Numbered from the stretch's first letter, positions 23,395 through 36,305 are shown. The stretch: DNA of 64,000 bases from Felis catus (GCF_018350175.1 NC_058368.1:101868001-101932000); one strand, 5' to 3'. Notes: generated from the letters alone by a model not told the origin. A program made the numbers and translations.

Positions 23395-24620
23395 TACTTT
23401 AAAAGCAGTTTTAGGTTCAGAGAAAAACTGAGCATGAAGTACAAAGATTTTTCACTTACCTCCGCCCCCTCCATGCACAGCCTCCCCGACTATCAATATT
23501 CCCCACCGGAGGGTACATTCGTTACGGCTCACAAACCTGCAATGACACATCATTATCACCCAAAGTCTATATAGTTTATCCTATGGTTCACTCGTTGTGC
23601 ATTCGGCAGGTTTTGACAAATGTATAATGACATATACCCACCACTGTTGTATCATACGGAATAGCCTCACTCCCCTAAAAACCCTCTGTGCTCTGCCTAT
23701 TCGTTCCTCTCTGTTCACCAATCCCTGGCAACCACCAGGCATTTCATGGTCTCCATAGTTACACCTTTTCCAAAATGCCATACGGTTGGAAGCATACAGT
23801 TTGTAGCCCCTTCCTCTTCATTTATTTTACTTCATTTATTTACCTAGAGACCTAACAGAGGTCATCTTGTGGCAATTTTGAGCAGAGCTTCTAGGTGGAT
23901 AGAGGTTTTCAACTCACTGGTGTAAAAACCCAGGAGCGTGACTGATTGATCGTATGGTATGTTTACTTTTGTAAGAAACTGTCACACTGTCTTCCAGAGC
24001 GGCTATTGGATTCTGCATTCCCACCAACGTAAATATGACTTTCTGATTCCCGCATCATCTCCAGCATCTGGTGTTGTCCGTATGTCAAATGCTCTTTTAA
24101 CCATCTTAATAGGCGTCTACCGGTATCTCATTGTTGTTTTCATTTCTAATTCCCTAAGCACAACGTATCTTTTCATACGCTGCTTGCCATTTGTGAATCA
24201 CTGTTGGTGAGGTGTCTGCTCAGATCTTCTGCCCCCTTTTAAATTTTTTTTTTCAACGTTTTTTTATTTATTTTTGGGACAGAGAGAGACAGAGCATGAA
24301 CGGGGGAGGGGCAGAGAGAGAGGGAGACACAGAATCGGAAACAAGCTCCAGGCTCTGAGCCATCAGCCCAGAGCCCGACGTGGGGCTCGAACTCACGGAC
24401 CGTGAGATCGTGACCTGGCTGAAGTCGGACGCTTAACCGACTGCGCCACCCAGGCGCCCCTTCTGCCCCCTTTTAAATGGGATTGTTCACTTTCTTGTTA
24501 TTCCTCTCTAAGAGTTCTTTGTGTGTTTTGGATAACAGTCCTTTATCAGATTTTTTTCCCAATATTTGCTCCTACTCTTTGGTTTGTCTTTTCATTCTCT
24601 TAATTACGGTTTATTTTTAA
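23395..24620 (-). mobile_element. L1MC-like 3' portion, antisense, interrupted by a SINE
   Basis: 'agcagttttaggttcagagaaaaactgagc...ggtacattcgttac...gacacatcattatcacccaaagtc' and ORF2 'ttttgtaagaaactgtcacactgtcttccagag'. Confidence 0.75.
24244..24460 (-). mobile_element. Young felid SINE (SINEC_Fc-like)
   Basis: Complete antisense SINE; TSD ttctgcccccttttaaat. Confidence 0.95.
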
Positions 24621-24695
24621 AGTTTTCCTTCTTTTTTTTTTTCATTCTTCATTTGACCATGAACTAAAACGAATGATTAAATACAGATAAATCTA

Positions 24696-24918
24696 GGGAC
24701 ACCTGGGTGTCTCAGTCAGTTAACCATCTGACTTCAGCTCAGGTCATGATCTCGTGGTCTGTGAGTTTGAGCCCCGCGTCAGGCTCTGGGCTGACAGCTC
24801 GGAGCTTGGAGCCTGCTTCGGATTCTGTGTCTCCCTCTCTCTCTGCCCCTCCCCCACTTGCATTCTGTCTGTCTCTCTCTCTTTGTGTCTCTCAAATATA
24901 AATAAACAGAAATAAATT
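24696..24918 (+). mobile_element. CAN-SINE
   Basis: Complete SINE; imperfect TSD aaatacagataaatctag / aaatagagatcaatctag. Confidence 0.93.
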
Positions 24919-25120
24919 TAAATAGAGATCAATCTAGTTCACTAGACTGATTCTAACCGAACATCATATGAAAATCTTAACCATCTATCGTTTGGTCATT
25001 GAGTAGCGTTAAAACAGTTTGTTTGTGTAGTCTGTTGGAACGAAGTGGTTGAAAGTTCCTTCTGTAATTTCTTAAACTCTTCCTCCATAGAAAGAATGAA
25101 GGGAGTTGAAAGCATTTTTC

Positions 25121-25362
25121 TTTTTTTTTTTTTATTTATTTTTTTTTTAATTTTTTTTTTAACGTTTATTTATTTCTGGGACAGAGAGAGACAGAGCATG
25201 AACGGGGGAGGGGCAGAGAGAGAGGGAGACACAGAATCGGAAACAGGCTCCAGGCTCTGAGCCATCAGCCCAGAGCCTGACGCGGGGCTCGAACTCACAG
25301 ACCGCGAGATGGTGACCTGGCTGAAGTCGGACGCTTAACCGACTGCGCCACCCAGGCGCCCC
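25121..25362 (-). mobile_element. Young felid SINE (SINEC_Fc-like)
   Basis: Complete antisense SINE with long T tract; TSD gaaagcatttttc. Confidence 0.95.
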
Positions 25363-25674
25363 TAGAAAGCATTTTTCTATCTGACAAATGGGAACCTGGA
25401 TATTCAGAAGCTGAAGAGATCTCTTGACCTTAAGCAACCCAACTGACCAACTACTTTCCTTTATTGGTTATTCAACTCTGTGGAGTTTTCTGGTATGCAC
25501 AAATTGTAGTTGTTTCCGTGAGTAGCTAAATTTGTATACACCATTAAGGGGTCCTACGTATCCCTCTGTAACATGCTTTTTTACTCCATGGAATTGAAGG
25601 GGAAATTAGAAACAAAAATCATCCTGACGGGACAGGATTTAACGTGTACATGAAATAGGAACATGATTTTTGAA

Positions 25675-25759
25675 TGGGCATTGAGGAGGGCACCTGTTGG
25701 GATGAGCAGTGGGTGTTGTATGGAAACCAATTTGATAATAGATTTCATATTTAAAAAAA
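25675..25759 (+). mobile_element. Ultra-short (about 85 bp) felid L1 3' terminus with TSD
   Basis: 'tgggcattgaggagggcacctgttgggatgagcagtgggtgttgtatggaaaccaatttgataat' matches the other young L1 ends; TSD aggaa(c/a)atgatttttgaa. Confidence 0.9.
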
Positions 25760-26261
25760 AGGAAAATGATTTTTGAAATACTGATTGGCTTCTTCCTCAG
25801 CAGCTTCATTGATATATAACTGACATACAAAAAAAAAAAATCCTGTAAATTTAATTTGGACATATGCAGAGACCTGTGATCCTATCACCAAATAATGTTT
25901 ATTACCAAGATAATATGTTTATAATAAACATATCCATCACCCCCCAAAGTTTACTTGTCTCTCTCTCACACTATGTCTTGTGTTTTTAATAATATGGATT
26001 CATGGCCAAAGAAAAAATTTCAACCTGCTGTGACATGTTACAGTGAACGGGTCCAGCACTTAATTGCTCTAAGAAAATATATGGGAAAACACTTATCTTA
26101 GACACAAAACTCTCTGACTTCCCAAATTTTGTCCTTCAGGCTCTAAATGTGGGTGCTTATATGAACTGATTTTTCCAGAGGAAAGGGACCGAACACAGTT
26201 ACATCTATGTCTTAAAGACATGTGTTGCATGTATTTGTATTAATGTGTTTCCTTTTCAATC

Positions 26262-26345
26262 ATACACACTATACATACACATACACTCACATACACACAC
26301 CCCTCATGCACACTCTACACACACACACACACACACACTTACACT
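26262..26345. repeat. Imperfect (CA)n microsatellite
   Basis: Visible CA-rich tract. Confidence 0.8.
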
Positions 26346-26630
26346 CTCCCGCTTTGAAAAGAAAATAAAAAGAACCCTCTGTCCTATATAGTTTTCTTTT
26401 TTTCCCTCTGTGCTTTGAAACAGCGAGTTCTACCACCTCAGAAGAGCAGACTGTCCTTTTTCTCCCTGCTTAGGAAAGGGGAAAAAAAAAAAAAACAAAA
26501 AAAAAAACCTTTTTTTCTGGCCGAGCCAGGAAGTGGCAAACGACTATCTAGCATGTTCTCTCCTACCAGTGAACAGTTGCTCAGTCTGAGTATATTTTAC
26601 AGTGGTGGAGTGTCATCTGAACTCAGATAC

Positions 26631-27015
26631 TGTTGTGGGCTGAATGTTGGGTTCTCCCCCAAATTCGTATGTTGAAGCTTCAACCCCGGAGGGGGGGCTT
26701 TATTTGGAGAAGAGATCTCTAAAGAGGTAATGTTAAATGAGGTCTTAAGGGTCTTCCTTCCTTCCCCTCCCTTCCCCTCCCTTCTCTTCTCCCCTTCCTC
26801 CCCCTCCCCCACCATGCACACACACTGAGAAAAGGCCATGTGAGGACACTGGGAGATGGCAGCCATCCACAAGCCAGAAAGAGAGCCCTCACGTGGCACT
26901 AAACGGGCCAGAAACTCGATCTTGGACTTCCAGCCCCCAAAACCGTGAGAAAATAAATTTCTGCCATTTAAGCCATCCGATCCGTGTTGCTTTTCACGGC
27001 AGTGCGAGCTATCAT
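26631..27015 (+). mobile_element. MLT1A/B-type MaLR solo LTR
   Basis: 'tgttgtgggctgaatg...caaattcgtatgttgaag...ggccatgtgaggacac...atcttggacttccagcccccaaaaccgtgagaaaataaatttctg...ttaagcca'. Confidence 0.85.
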
Positions 27016-27019
27016 AGGC

Positions 27020-27568
27020 CTTGTTCTATTTGGCCATTGCCACATAACGAGTCATTCTAAAACTTAGTGTTTTAAAATGATGACAATCATTTTCTTATCT
27101 CTCGTGGTTTCTGTGGATCAGAAATCCTGGACGGGCTAAGCTGGCATGGTTGCTGTTCTTGTGTTTACAGCCAAATTTTGTCTGGAACTGGAAGAGTGGA
27201 GGTCTGGCATCTCCCTCTCTTCACACAGGCTCAGGGCCTTGCCCGTGGGATCTTTCTGCACAGGCTGTTGGATTCCCTAACAGCACGAAACCTCAAGGTT
27301 GTCAGATTGCTTACATGGTGCAAGAAGGGCTCAAGAATTAGTATTCCAGCAAACAAGGCAGAAGTACCACTGTCTTTTATGGCCTGGCCTCAGAAATTAT
27401 TGAGCCACTTTCATCCATTCTCTGGGTTATAAGCAAGGGACAATCTGATGAGTATGATGGACAGGGTAGCTAGGCTCCAGCTCTTTATGGGGAGGGGGTA
27501 AGATTTTAGAAGGACACGTGGGACAGAAGCTCTTTTTGCGGCCACTCTGAAAATATCATCTGTCACAG
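27020..27568 (-). mobile_element. Older MLT1-type MaLR LTR
   Basis: 'cataacgagtcattctaaaacttagtgttttaaaa...gtttctgtggatcagaaatcc...agtattccagcaaacaaggcagaag...tggcctcagaa'. Confidence 0.65.
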
Positions 27569-30469
27569 GTAGATCTGGTTTCAGGGACCATGGTTTTCCC
27601 ATAATAACTTTATGATGCTAATATCCCTTCCTTGAAGGATTAAATACAGAGCTAAGAAGAAAGAGATGAGTCGTTATGAGTTATTTAGGAGGAGTTGAGC
27701 AGTCCCCCACCCTACTTTGTTAAGAGACCTAGGGTCACAGAAGTCATGTTCAAACAGATACCTTTCAGGCAACTCCGTTAGTCAAGTTCTCTCTGGAGAA
27801 GAATGGGGGGTCTTTCTGGTCATGTAAAAAGATGGCTCACCTTCTGATCCCAAGGGTGAACTATAGAGCCCTGAGCATCAGTTCAGGGGAGCTGATCCAG
27901 GAATGAACAAAGAGCAACTTTGGCTGGATCCCAGATTCCTTCCCAGAGCAGAGGCAGGACCGGTGTGAGATGGGGGAGCACAGAAGGAGGGGTAGTGATG
28001 GTGGTGTGGGTGCGGGGTGGGTACCGGAAAGCCCACAGAAAGGCAGCACTGCATGGGATGGACCAGCTGGACACAAGTGCCCTGCAGAGAAGCCGAGAAA
28101 GCAAATCCTATAGCAGCATCACTTAGCAAAGACAGAAAAGAGAAAATTTTGCTTCCTACCAGCAGAGTCTCAGTTGTTCAGACTGGGAGAGAAATCACAA
28201 AACCACATGAAAGGACCCAATGTCTCTATCTTATTCATCCTTTCTGTCTGGTAAGAGATTGTCTCCTAGAAGGTAGTCTCCAGGTACACATTTTTTCTTC
28301 TCTTACCCCTGGAAGAGGCTTTCTAGAAAACAGATCTTGCACGTTTCATAGTCACAGCACCTTGCCCCAGTCCTGAAAGTATCAAAAAGTAAAAAGAATG
28401 AAAACAAATTCACTCTCAAAAAATCTAGACTAAGTTCACAAAGAAAGAACAGACACTGCGGAGGCTTACTGACCCTGATATGTTAATTGCAGCTCTCGGT
28501 GATGCTCCCTCAGTCAATTGTTTCCCCAAACCGGGTCACAGGGTAAGAGTTCCAGGGCTAGCTGACAATTAATGGTAAATCAAGATCATATTAACTGACA
28601 TACTGGTTTGAAAAGCAGAAAGGTTCTTTAGAAATGAGGATTTTAAAACGGAGTCAGGCCAGACCGTGGAAAATCTGCTAGTGTAAAATGTGTATAATTC
28701 AGTTGACTTTCCAGGGCCTGTTACCTCTTTTGCACAACCAGTGTTAATATCATTTTTTTTCCCCTTTAAGATGGTGAATCTCCCAGCAACAAAAGACTGT
28801 TGAGTACTAACCTCAGCTCAGAGCAGACTGAGTTACAACAGTTCAGGGCATTAGGAAACAGGTTTTAGAGTGTTGTCACTTCCTTTCCACTTTCCTTCCC
28901 AATCTCCACTGTGGGAAACATACGAGCACGAAATCTTCTGAACCCGATTTTCCCCCCTGTGCCTGAACGATAGGGGTGAGGGGGCACATTCATTCAGAGG
29001 AGTAGTGTAGAGGCACTTAAGCCTTGGGGAAATAATTCTTTTATTAAATATTTCAAAGAGTGTAACAGGAAGCTCTATCTAGTGACGTAGTTTCCTTCTA
29101 AGCTGAACATATTCGGTCTCAGCCACCCTTCATCAGAGAAATTTACATCAAACCTCTCCTTCTTACCCCCAACCACCTTGGCAACGCAAAGCTGTCCAAG
29201 GAGGCAAGGCCGACCTAAGTGCACGTGGTCCGAAGAATGAGGAATAGTCTTCCTCCATTTGGGAAGATTATGCTACTCAGCTACTCAGCTTTGGGAGGAA
29301 GAAAGAAAACACCACGGAAATCAGTGGATTCCATCTCAGGGCTCAGTGGAGGGGCAAGCGACCTAGCCTAATTACTGTGCGTACCATAAAAGTCACTGCA
29401 TCTCCAATGCCTTCCTGCCAATTAACCCACAGCACCGTTTGATCAGCCAATGGCAGGAACTTCCTGTGAAGTGTTATCTTCCGAATTACTTTCCCTAGAA
29501 GAGTCACATCCCTGGAATGTGTTTTCATCCTGTTTCAACAACCCACAGATTTTAGAGTAGAATTCAAAGCCAAATTAATGGGAAGGCAAGCTGGGTATCC
29601 ACCGAGGATGGAGATCGAAAAGGGGAACTGAAACATCACTGGAATAAATTGGCTAAATGTAAATTGGGTTAACTCCTCACTGGTGTCAAGCTGTCTGGGT
29701 TGAGTACTTTTGTGAATGTCACATGAGCATCCTGTCAGTTGAGTTCAAAAATCAATAATACATGTTGTTTTGCTTACCAAAAATAAGCCATTTAATCTAA
29801 TTATCTAAACGTTAAATCCTTTAGTGTGCCTCCTAAGATATCGTCTCACCCAGAATACTGAAAAAAAAAAAAAATTGAGAAAACTACAGAAAATGGGGAA
29901 AATATATTTTGGGGTTTCTTTTGGTCTTGTTTTTGTTTTGGTCACCTTTCTGCAGCTCGTGAAGTTAGGAAGTGACTGTTTTTATATAACAAGGATGTAC
30001 GAATGAAAATACGCTATAAGAGGTGCCAATTTATTAGTCTCTCCAGAGCAACCGCATGTCTCACGTCAACCTTGAGAAAGGAGATCCATTTGATGAGTTT
30101 TTCAGCATCTTTGTTGTGGGAGGCAATCCATAAATGGGAAGTATTTAAAAGTGGTGTTGGCCTGGAGAGGCCACTTACTAGATATGTTTTCATCAAATAA
30201 TCCACGCTTTTCACTATAATGAGTGATGCTTTAGACTGACCCCCCCATCCCCCCCAACTCTTTACTCGTAACTTCTCTAAGCTTATAGATTTATTTCCTC
30301 ACTTTTATTCTAGGACATGTTTTGTTGTTTGGCTAACCTCCAATTCATCATCAATTATGAATTCTCTCTGTCATTTATAATTCACTAAGAAACATCATGA
30401 ATATTTTACATCAAGTTAATTTGGTTTCATTCAGTCATTTCAAGACTAACCAGAGGTTTTAAGGACTTA

Positions 30470-31075
30470 TTCAGGCACCAGGCTAATAACTACATACGTT
30501 TATACAATATTCATTTTATCTTCACAATCCCCTCCCAGAAGAGATACTGTATCCATTCAGGACCAAAAACCTGAAGCTAAAACACACTGCATTGACTGAT
30601 TGATTGACTGATTGATTGCCTGTTTTATAAAGAGTACGAAGCAACACCAGAGTTTGACCCCTGATAAGTCAACTTTTGATGCCGAAACCCAAGCTCTAAA
30701 CCCTTGCACTAATTGTCATTCATATCTACCACTGACTGACCAAGGTATATGGACTGTGCACCTTGCATTCACTCCAGAAGAACTCGTCAAGATTCACAGA
30801 AGCTAAGTAACTTCCTACGTGGTCTCACAGCCTGTGAGTGGCCATGCTGGAAGTCAAGTGAGCACTTACACTGTGTCAGACTCTATACTACGATCTTTAG
30901 GAGTTATATTACATAAACATTACATACCCATTTTTCTACATTTTCCCATTTACAGATGGGAAAATGGAGTTTTAGGGAGGTGATGTGACTTGCTTGTGGT
31001 CACACAGCAAGTAAGAAAGGAAACTAGGAAAAGAATCTGAATCCAGACCATTTGTCTCCAGAGGCCATGCTCACA
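30470..31075 (-). mobile_element. Cluster of MIR fragments
   Basis: MIR core 'cccatttacagatgggaaaatggagttttagggaggtgatgtgacttgcttgtggtcacacagcaagtaag' and a second 'aagtaacttcctacgtggtctcacagcctgtgagtggc'. Confidence 0.65.
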
Positions 31076-31114
31076 TGCGGAGAAGTATAAAGAGAAAGTA
31101 GTGTTTTAAAGACT

Positions 31115-31450
31115 CGACTTTTCAAGAGTAGCTTTAGGTTCGCAGCCACAAGGAGAGGTACGCACAGAGATTTCCCATGGACCCCCAACCCCAACACACG
31201 CGTAGCCTTTCCACACATGGAACACCGGCCTACCACAGGTGCACCTGTGTTATGAATGATGAATCTTCACTGACACGTCATAATCACCTCAAAGTCTGGA
31301 GTTTACATTACGGTTCGCTCTTGGTATACATCCCATGGCTTTGGATAAACGTGTGATGGTATGTGACCACCGTGAGAGTTTCATACAGAGCATATTCTTA
31401 TGGCCCTAAAGCCCCTCTGTGTTCTGTCTGTTCATCCATCCCCCATCCCT
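31115..31450 (-). mobile_element. L1MC-like 3' end, antisense
   Basis: 'agagtagctttaggttcgcagc...cagagatttcccatggacccc...ctgacacgtcataatcacctcaaagtc'. Confidence 0.7.
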
Positions 31451-31565
31451 AAACCTGTAAAGGAAACCTAAAGTACATAAAAAGTATTTGAAGCCAATGC
31501 AAATCTGTAATAAAATAAATTAGGTTAACACACTGACCTACTGGATTTATTTGGCTTGTTTCCTA

Positions 31566-31574
<9 letters not shown>

Positions 31575-31617
<43 letters not shown>
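31575..31617. repeat. (TA)n microsatellite
   Basis: About 21 perfect TA units after a short TG run. Confidence 0.95.
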
Positions 31618-31625
<8 letters not shown>

Positions 31626-31701
31626 TTTATGGGATAAAAAATTCTACTTTTTCCAGTTAAAATTGTATTATGAATATTTTCTGATGCTATGCTTTAGAAA
31701 A

Positions 31702-31904
31702 ATTTTTTTTTGATGTCTAGGTTTGAGAGAGAGAGACAGACAGACAGCACGAGCGGGGGAAGGGCAGAGAGAGAGGGAGACACAGAATCCAAAGCAGGCT
31801 CCAGGCTCTGAGCTGGCAGCATAGAGCCCAATGTGGGGCTTGAACCCACGAAGTGTGAGATCATAACCTGAGGTGAAGTTGGAAATTTAACCGACTAAAC
31901 CACC
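31702..31904 (-). mobile_element. CAN-SINE missing its first ~12 bp
   Basis: Antisense SINE body ending 'ttaaccgactaaaccacc'. Confidence 0.9.
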
Positions 31905-32334
31905 TTACAAAACACGATTTCTTATGGGTAGAAAACATCCTAGCATATCGGAGTGTATCTTCATTTTTTAATCATTTGGTTATTGTTGGACATGTCTCTA
32001 CATTTCTCCTAATGAATAAAGCCGAAATATTCTTGAAAAGGAAGATTTATATTCAAGAATATAATCTTTAGTTGGATACTTAGTGCTTGAGTATTAGCAT
32101 AAATTCACAGAAATAGAAATACAAGGTCAAATGTATGTCGTTAACGGTCTTGTTAGATATTAACAGAATGATTTTCAGAAAAGGAAAACCAAGTCACACG
32201 CCCTTAAACAACCTCAGCACTTGCGTGCTTGCCAGACCTTTCCTGGTGCTGTTACGTCAAATTTTCCAATCATCAAAAAAAATTTCACCTCAAAATTGTT
32301 TTTATTTTTTACTGAGTATGAAAAAATTGTCCAA

Positions 32335-32900
32335 ATGCTCATTCATTTATTCCTAAGTTGATGCCTTTAGTCCCGGGTCTCCTGGGACAGGGGGAAGAGG
32401 AGGGAAAAATGGCGAGGATACGTGGAACAGAGTGAACAAATGGAAAAGAGGTACAGAGAGAGGAGAAGGCAAGACTAGAAACGAGAAGAAGAACTATAGA
32501 TTTTTAAGTATGGAAATGACGGCATGAGAGTGACATGTTCCTAAGATTACTCTGGAGACCAGGTACAAAATAAATTCGCAAAAACTGGAACACAGCCAAA
32601 GGGGAACCATCAAGGTGCAACGTCACTGGGAAGCTAGTTCAGTAAGCGACACAAGACAATGGGAGTCAAGGCAAGCCAAAACTAAGGTGGAAGCCATCAA
32701 ACTGGAGATAGGAGATGGGTTCAAGGGATACTTAGCACATGGAATCAACAGGGCATGCAGGCATCTGGGATGTGGGGACAGAAGGAGAAATCTGAGGTGA
32801 CTGCCTTGTTTCTGCCTGGCCACAGGTGAGCGGTAGCATTTCTGTTGGTTAAGGATTAGATGAGTGTTAGGCAACCCAGGAAGACACCCAGGGGCCAGTG
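32335..32900 (-). mobile_element. LINE-2 fragments, antisense
   Basis: Purine-rich L2-like text 'ggagtcaaggcaagcc...ggaatcaacagggcatg...ggatgtggggacagaagga...gaggtgactgccttgtttctgcctgg'. Confidence 0.5.
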
Positions 32901-33349
32901 AGTTGTCTAGATTTATCACTTGGCAGAAAAAGCAGGAGTCAGACACAGAGGCTAGGAAGTTCTAGATAGCACCTGAGGAGCCAAGCCCTGGTGTGATTCA
33001 AGGGGCTGTGGAAAAGATCCAGGGGATTAATGTGTATAAAGTGTTCAGCTTAGTGCCTGGAGCTTAGTAAACACTAAATAATGAGAGCTGCCTGATTGTT
33101 ATTAAAAAGGAGGCAGGAATGGTCATCAATGCATTACCCTTACATATTAAGAAAGATTGTGCCTCAAGTTAATATTGCAGTGGGGAGAATCTAGGTGACC
33201 TCACAAAGAGCAGTTTCTGTGAAGAAATAATTGTGGTTGGGAGGGTTGAGGGCTGTTTCGAGTGGGCCAAAAGCTGTCCTGAAAGCGAGAGATGGATGAG
33301 GCTGAATATGAAACAAGAAATGGAAAAATCAATCACGGTGTTTAATCCC

Positions 33350-33772
33350 TGGTGTAAGGAGAATACTGGCCCCTCAATACTGTCCATGTTCTAATCCTGG
33401 GAACCTGTGAATACGTTCCCTTATGTGGCAAAAGGGATTTTGCAGATAGGAACTAAGTTACAGAACTTAAAATGGGAAGATTATCTTAGATTATCAAGGT
33501 GAGTGACGTAATCACAAGGGTCCCTACAAGAGGGAGGGAGAAGGGTCAGAGTCAGAGGGGACATGACCACAGAAGCAGAGGTCAGAGTGATGTGGCCAGA
33601 AGCCAAGGAATGTGAACAGTCTCTCTTCTGCAGTCTCCAGAAGGGAACAGCTTCGTGGGCACTTTAACTTTAGTCCCCTAAGATCCATTTCAGTCCTGTG
33701 ACCTGCAGAACTGCAGTAAAATGTGTGTAGTTTGTGATAATGTGTTACAGCACGCACAAAAAACCTGATACA
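33350..33772 (+). mobile_element. MLT1C/D-type MaLR solo LTR
   Basis: 'gtccatgttctaatcctgggaacctgtgaatacgtt...tggcaaaagggattttgcagat...agaagcagaggtcagagtgatg...aagccaaggaatg...ctgataca'. Confidence 0.85.
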
Positions 33773-33887
33773 GCCCCTTAAGAGCATGCTGGGGAGTGAG
33801 ATCCAGAGTCTATGTTAAGGGATCACACTTGGCTTGGACTGAGCAGCCCTTACAGGGTAAACAGTGGCCCAGATAATTGCCAAATGG

Positions 33888-33930
33888 CTGATCAGCATAC
33901 CTGATCGCATACCTGATCAGCATACCTGAT
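33888..33930. repeat. 13-bp tandem repeat (ctgatcagcatac, about 3.4 copies)
   Basis: ctgatcagcatac ctgatc-gcatac ctgatcagcatac ctgat. Confidence 0.85.
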
Positions 33931-33987
33931 AGGAATCGAGAACCATGCCTGACATACAGGAGGTGCTTAATTAATATGTACCAACTA

Positions 33988-34200
33988 GGGATGCATGGGT
34001 GGTGCAGTCAGTTGAGTGTCTGACTCTTGATCTCGACTCAGGTCATGATCTCAGGGTTCATGAGTTCGAGTCCCATATTGCGTTCTGTGTTGATGGTGTG
34101 GAACCTGCTTGGGATTCCGTCTCTCCTTTTCTCTGCCCCTACCCCAATTATGTTCTTTCTCTCTCTCTCTCTCAAAATACATAAATAACTGAAAAACATC
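33988..34200 (+). mobile_element. CAN-SINE (older)
   Basis: 'gggatgcatgggtggtgcagtcagttgag...ctcaggtcatgatctc...'. Confidence 0.9.
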
Positions 34201-34309
34201 TTAATGTATACTGAATAAATTAATAATTCAGAGCATTAATTTTTTTTATTGCACTGTGATCTTACTTCTGTCTTTCCAACTTCCTCAGGGGCTCATACAA
34301 AAGCACCAA

Positions 34310-34535
34310 ATTAAAAAATTTTTTTAATGTTATTTTATTTTTGAGAGAGAGTGAGAGAGAGTGAGCACGCACCTGCATGAATAGGGGAGGGGCAGAGAGA
34401 GGAAGACACAGAATCGGAAGCTCCAGGCCCTGAGCTGTCAGCACAGAGCCCGCATGGGGCTCAAACCCACGAACTGTGAGATCGTGCCCTGAGCCAAAAT
34501 TGGACGCTTGACCAACAGAGCCACCCAGGTGCCCC
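34310..34535 (-). mobile_element. CAN-SINE
   Basis: Antisense SINE ending 'agccacccaggtgcccc'. Confidence 0.9.
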
Positions 34536-35345
34536 AAAAGGGCAAATTTTAAAGGCTGTTTTATTTGCTCCGGAAATATTTTTCATCTCATGCCTTTTGT
34601 TGAGCATAAAACAAAAGCGGACACGCCAACTAAAAGTTCAAGGACACACTAAAATGTGCATTTTAGTTCCTCCCTGCAGAAGAACTAATTCAAACCAACC
34701 TTCTTTCATTTCTGTCTTCCTTGAATGAAAAGATGATCTGAACAATTCAATCTCCATTGAGATGAATTAGAAATCAGGAGCTTTCCATGCAGGTCTAAGC
34801 AGCTCCAGAATTTGTCATTACACTTTTACAGATTTCTTTAGAGGGAGTGAACAATCAAGACTAAACGCAATAACCCTGCAAAGTATATATTGTAGCTGGA
34901 TTTGAAAGGACACAACAACCTCCTGCTTGAAAAGAAAAGTCCCTGCGGCTGAGGTTTTGGTCTTCCATGTGTTCATTTCTTGCTCCCACTGACATTCTTT
35001 GAAAGCAGCAACCGGGGCGCTTAATTCCACGTTCAAAGAAACTGCTGTTACCCTCAGAGTTCCCTGTGATAAAGTCCAAATGAGTGTGACGTTTCCTCCA
35101 GGAGTGTTGGAAGGGCCCAGAATTCTCGTCATTCTTCAGCATTCACCTTTCCTTTCTTGAGACTGATGATTTGAACTGAGGCACAAGATTTGCTTCCTTT
35201 CTACTACCGACCAGGATACATGTTTCACCAACGTCAAGAGCGCTGTCTGAAGCTGCCTGATCTCTAATGGACAGTGGTTTTGAACCGTCTTTTCTCTGCC
35301 TCCCCCAGGCATTTTATCCTGTATTTAAGAAGATGACATTTTTTT

Positions 35346-35570
35346 GGGGCGCCTGTGTGGCGCAGTCGGTTAAGCGTCCGACTTCAGCCAGGTCACCATC
35401 TCACGGTCCGTGAGTTCGAGCCCCGCGTCAGGCTCTGGGCTGATGGCTCAGAGCCTGGAGCCTGTTTCCGATTCTGTGTCTCCCTCTCTCTCTGCCCCTC
35501 CCCCGTTCATGCTGTCTCTCTCTGTCCCAAAAATAAATAAACGTTGAAAAAAAAATTAAAAAAAAAATTC
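35346..35570 (+). mobile_element. Young felid SINE (SINEC_Fc-like)
   Basis: Complete; TSD taagaagatgacattttt at 35326-35343 and 35571-35588. Confidence 0.95.
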
Positions 35571-36303
35571 TAAGAAGATGACATTTTTAAATACAATTCA
35601 CAGTTCCTGTCTCCTTCCTGCCTTTCCTGACGTTCTTTACCTTCCCTTGTTTCTAACTGCCTCCAGTCAGTGAGAGTAAGAATCTGACGTTAATCTTGAT
35701 GAGAAGTTGAAGCAAATATTTTGAGGAGAGTGTAGGGAGTGTTTTGGGAAAGAGATGAAGAGAATAGGTAGGGAGGTAGGTGTGTGGATAGAGGAATGGA
35801 ATATTATTTGAAATATTATAATCAGCTATCAAAAGCTGCACCTGTTAGGGACTCCTTCACTGGCCCATTTTCTCCACCACTTTAGGATTACACAATACAT
35901 TCCCATGGCAACTCTCCTTAATTGTTATTATGCCAATGTAGTAATTATCCCATCTACAAAGGAAGAGCGATCATTTTCTCAGTAGGGAAAGAAAATAACT
36001 ATGGTTTATGGAAGATCCAAGGAAGATGAATCCTTCACACTCTTCCCACCTAACTACATCCCGAAGCATTCCCTACTTCCTTTGCAAAAACTGTTACTCG
36101 TAAGTTTGTTAATTTTGGAAGGGGAACGAACTCTTTCAGGATACCAAGGCACCCTGCAAAAACAAATAATATCCCATGAGCCTATGTAAATAGGGCTTAC
36201 AATGTTAGCTTTTATGGGTTGTCTGCAAATGGATAGCAGTGACACAGAAGGTCAATTCACAGGCCTCTGGATGGTAACAAGGGAGGGGCTTGATGGTGAA
36301 ATT

Positions 36304-36305
<2 letters not shown>

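Noticed and set aside
33888..33930. CRISPR-like direct repeats
   Set aside because: Head-to-tail 13-mers without spacers in mammalian DNA; a simple minisatellite.
34818..35142. Overlapping ORFs of 93 and 104 aa in unique DNA
   Set aside because: No recognisable homology or convincing splice context; ORFs this long occur by chance.
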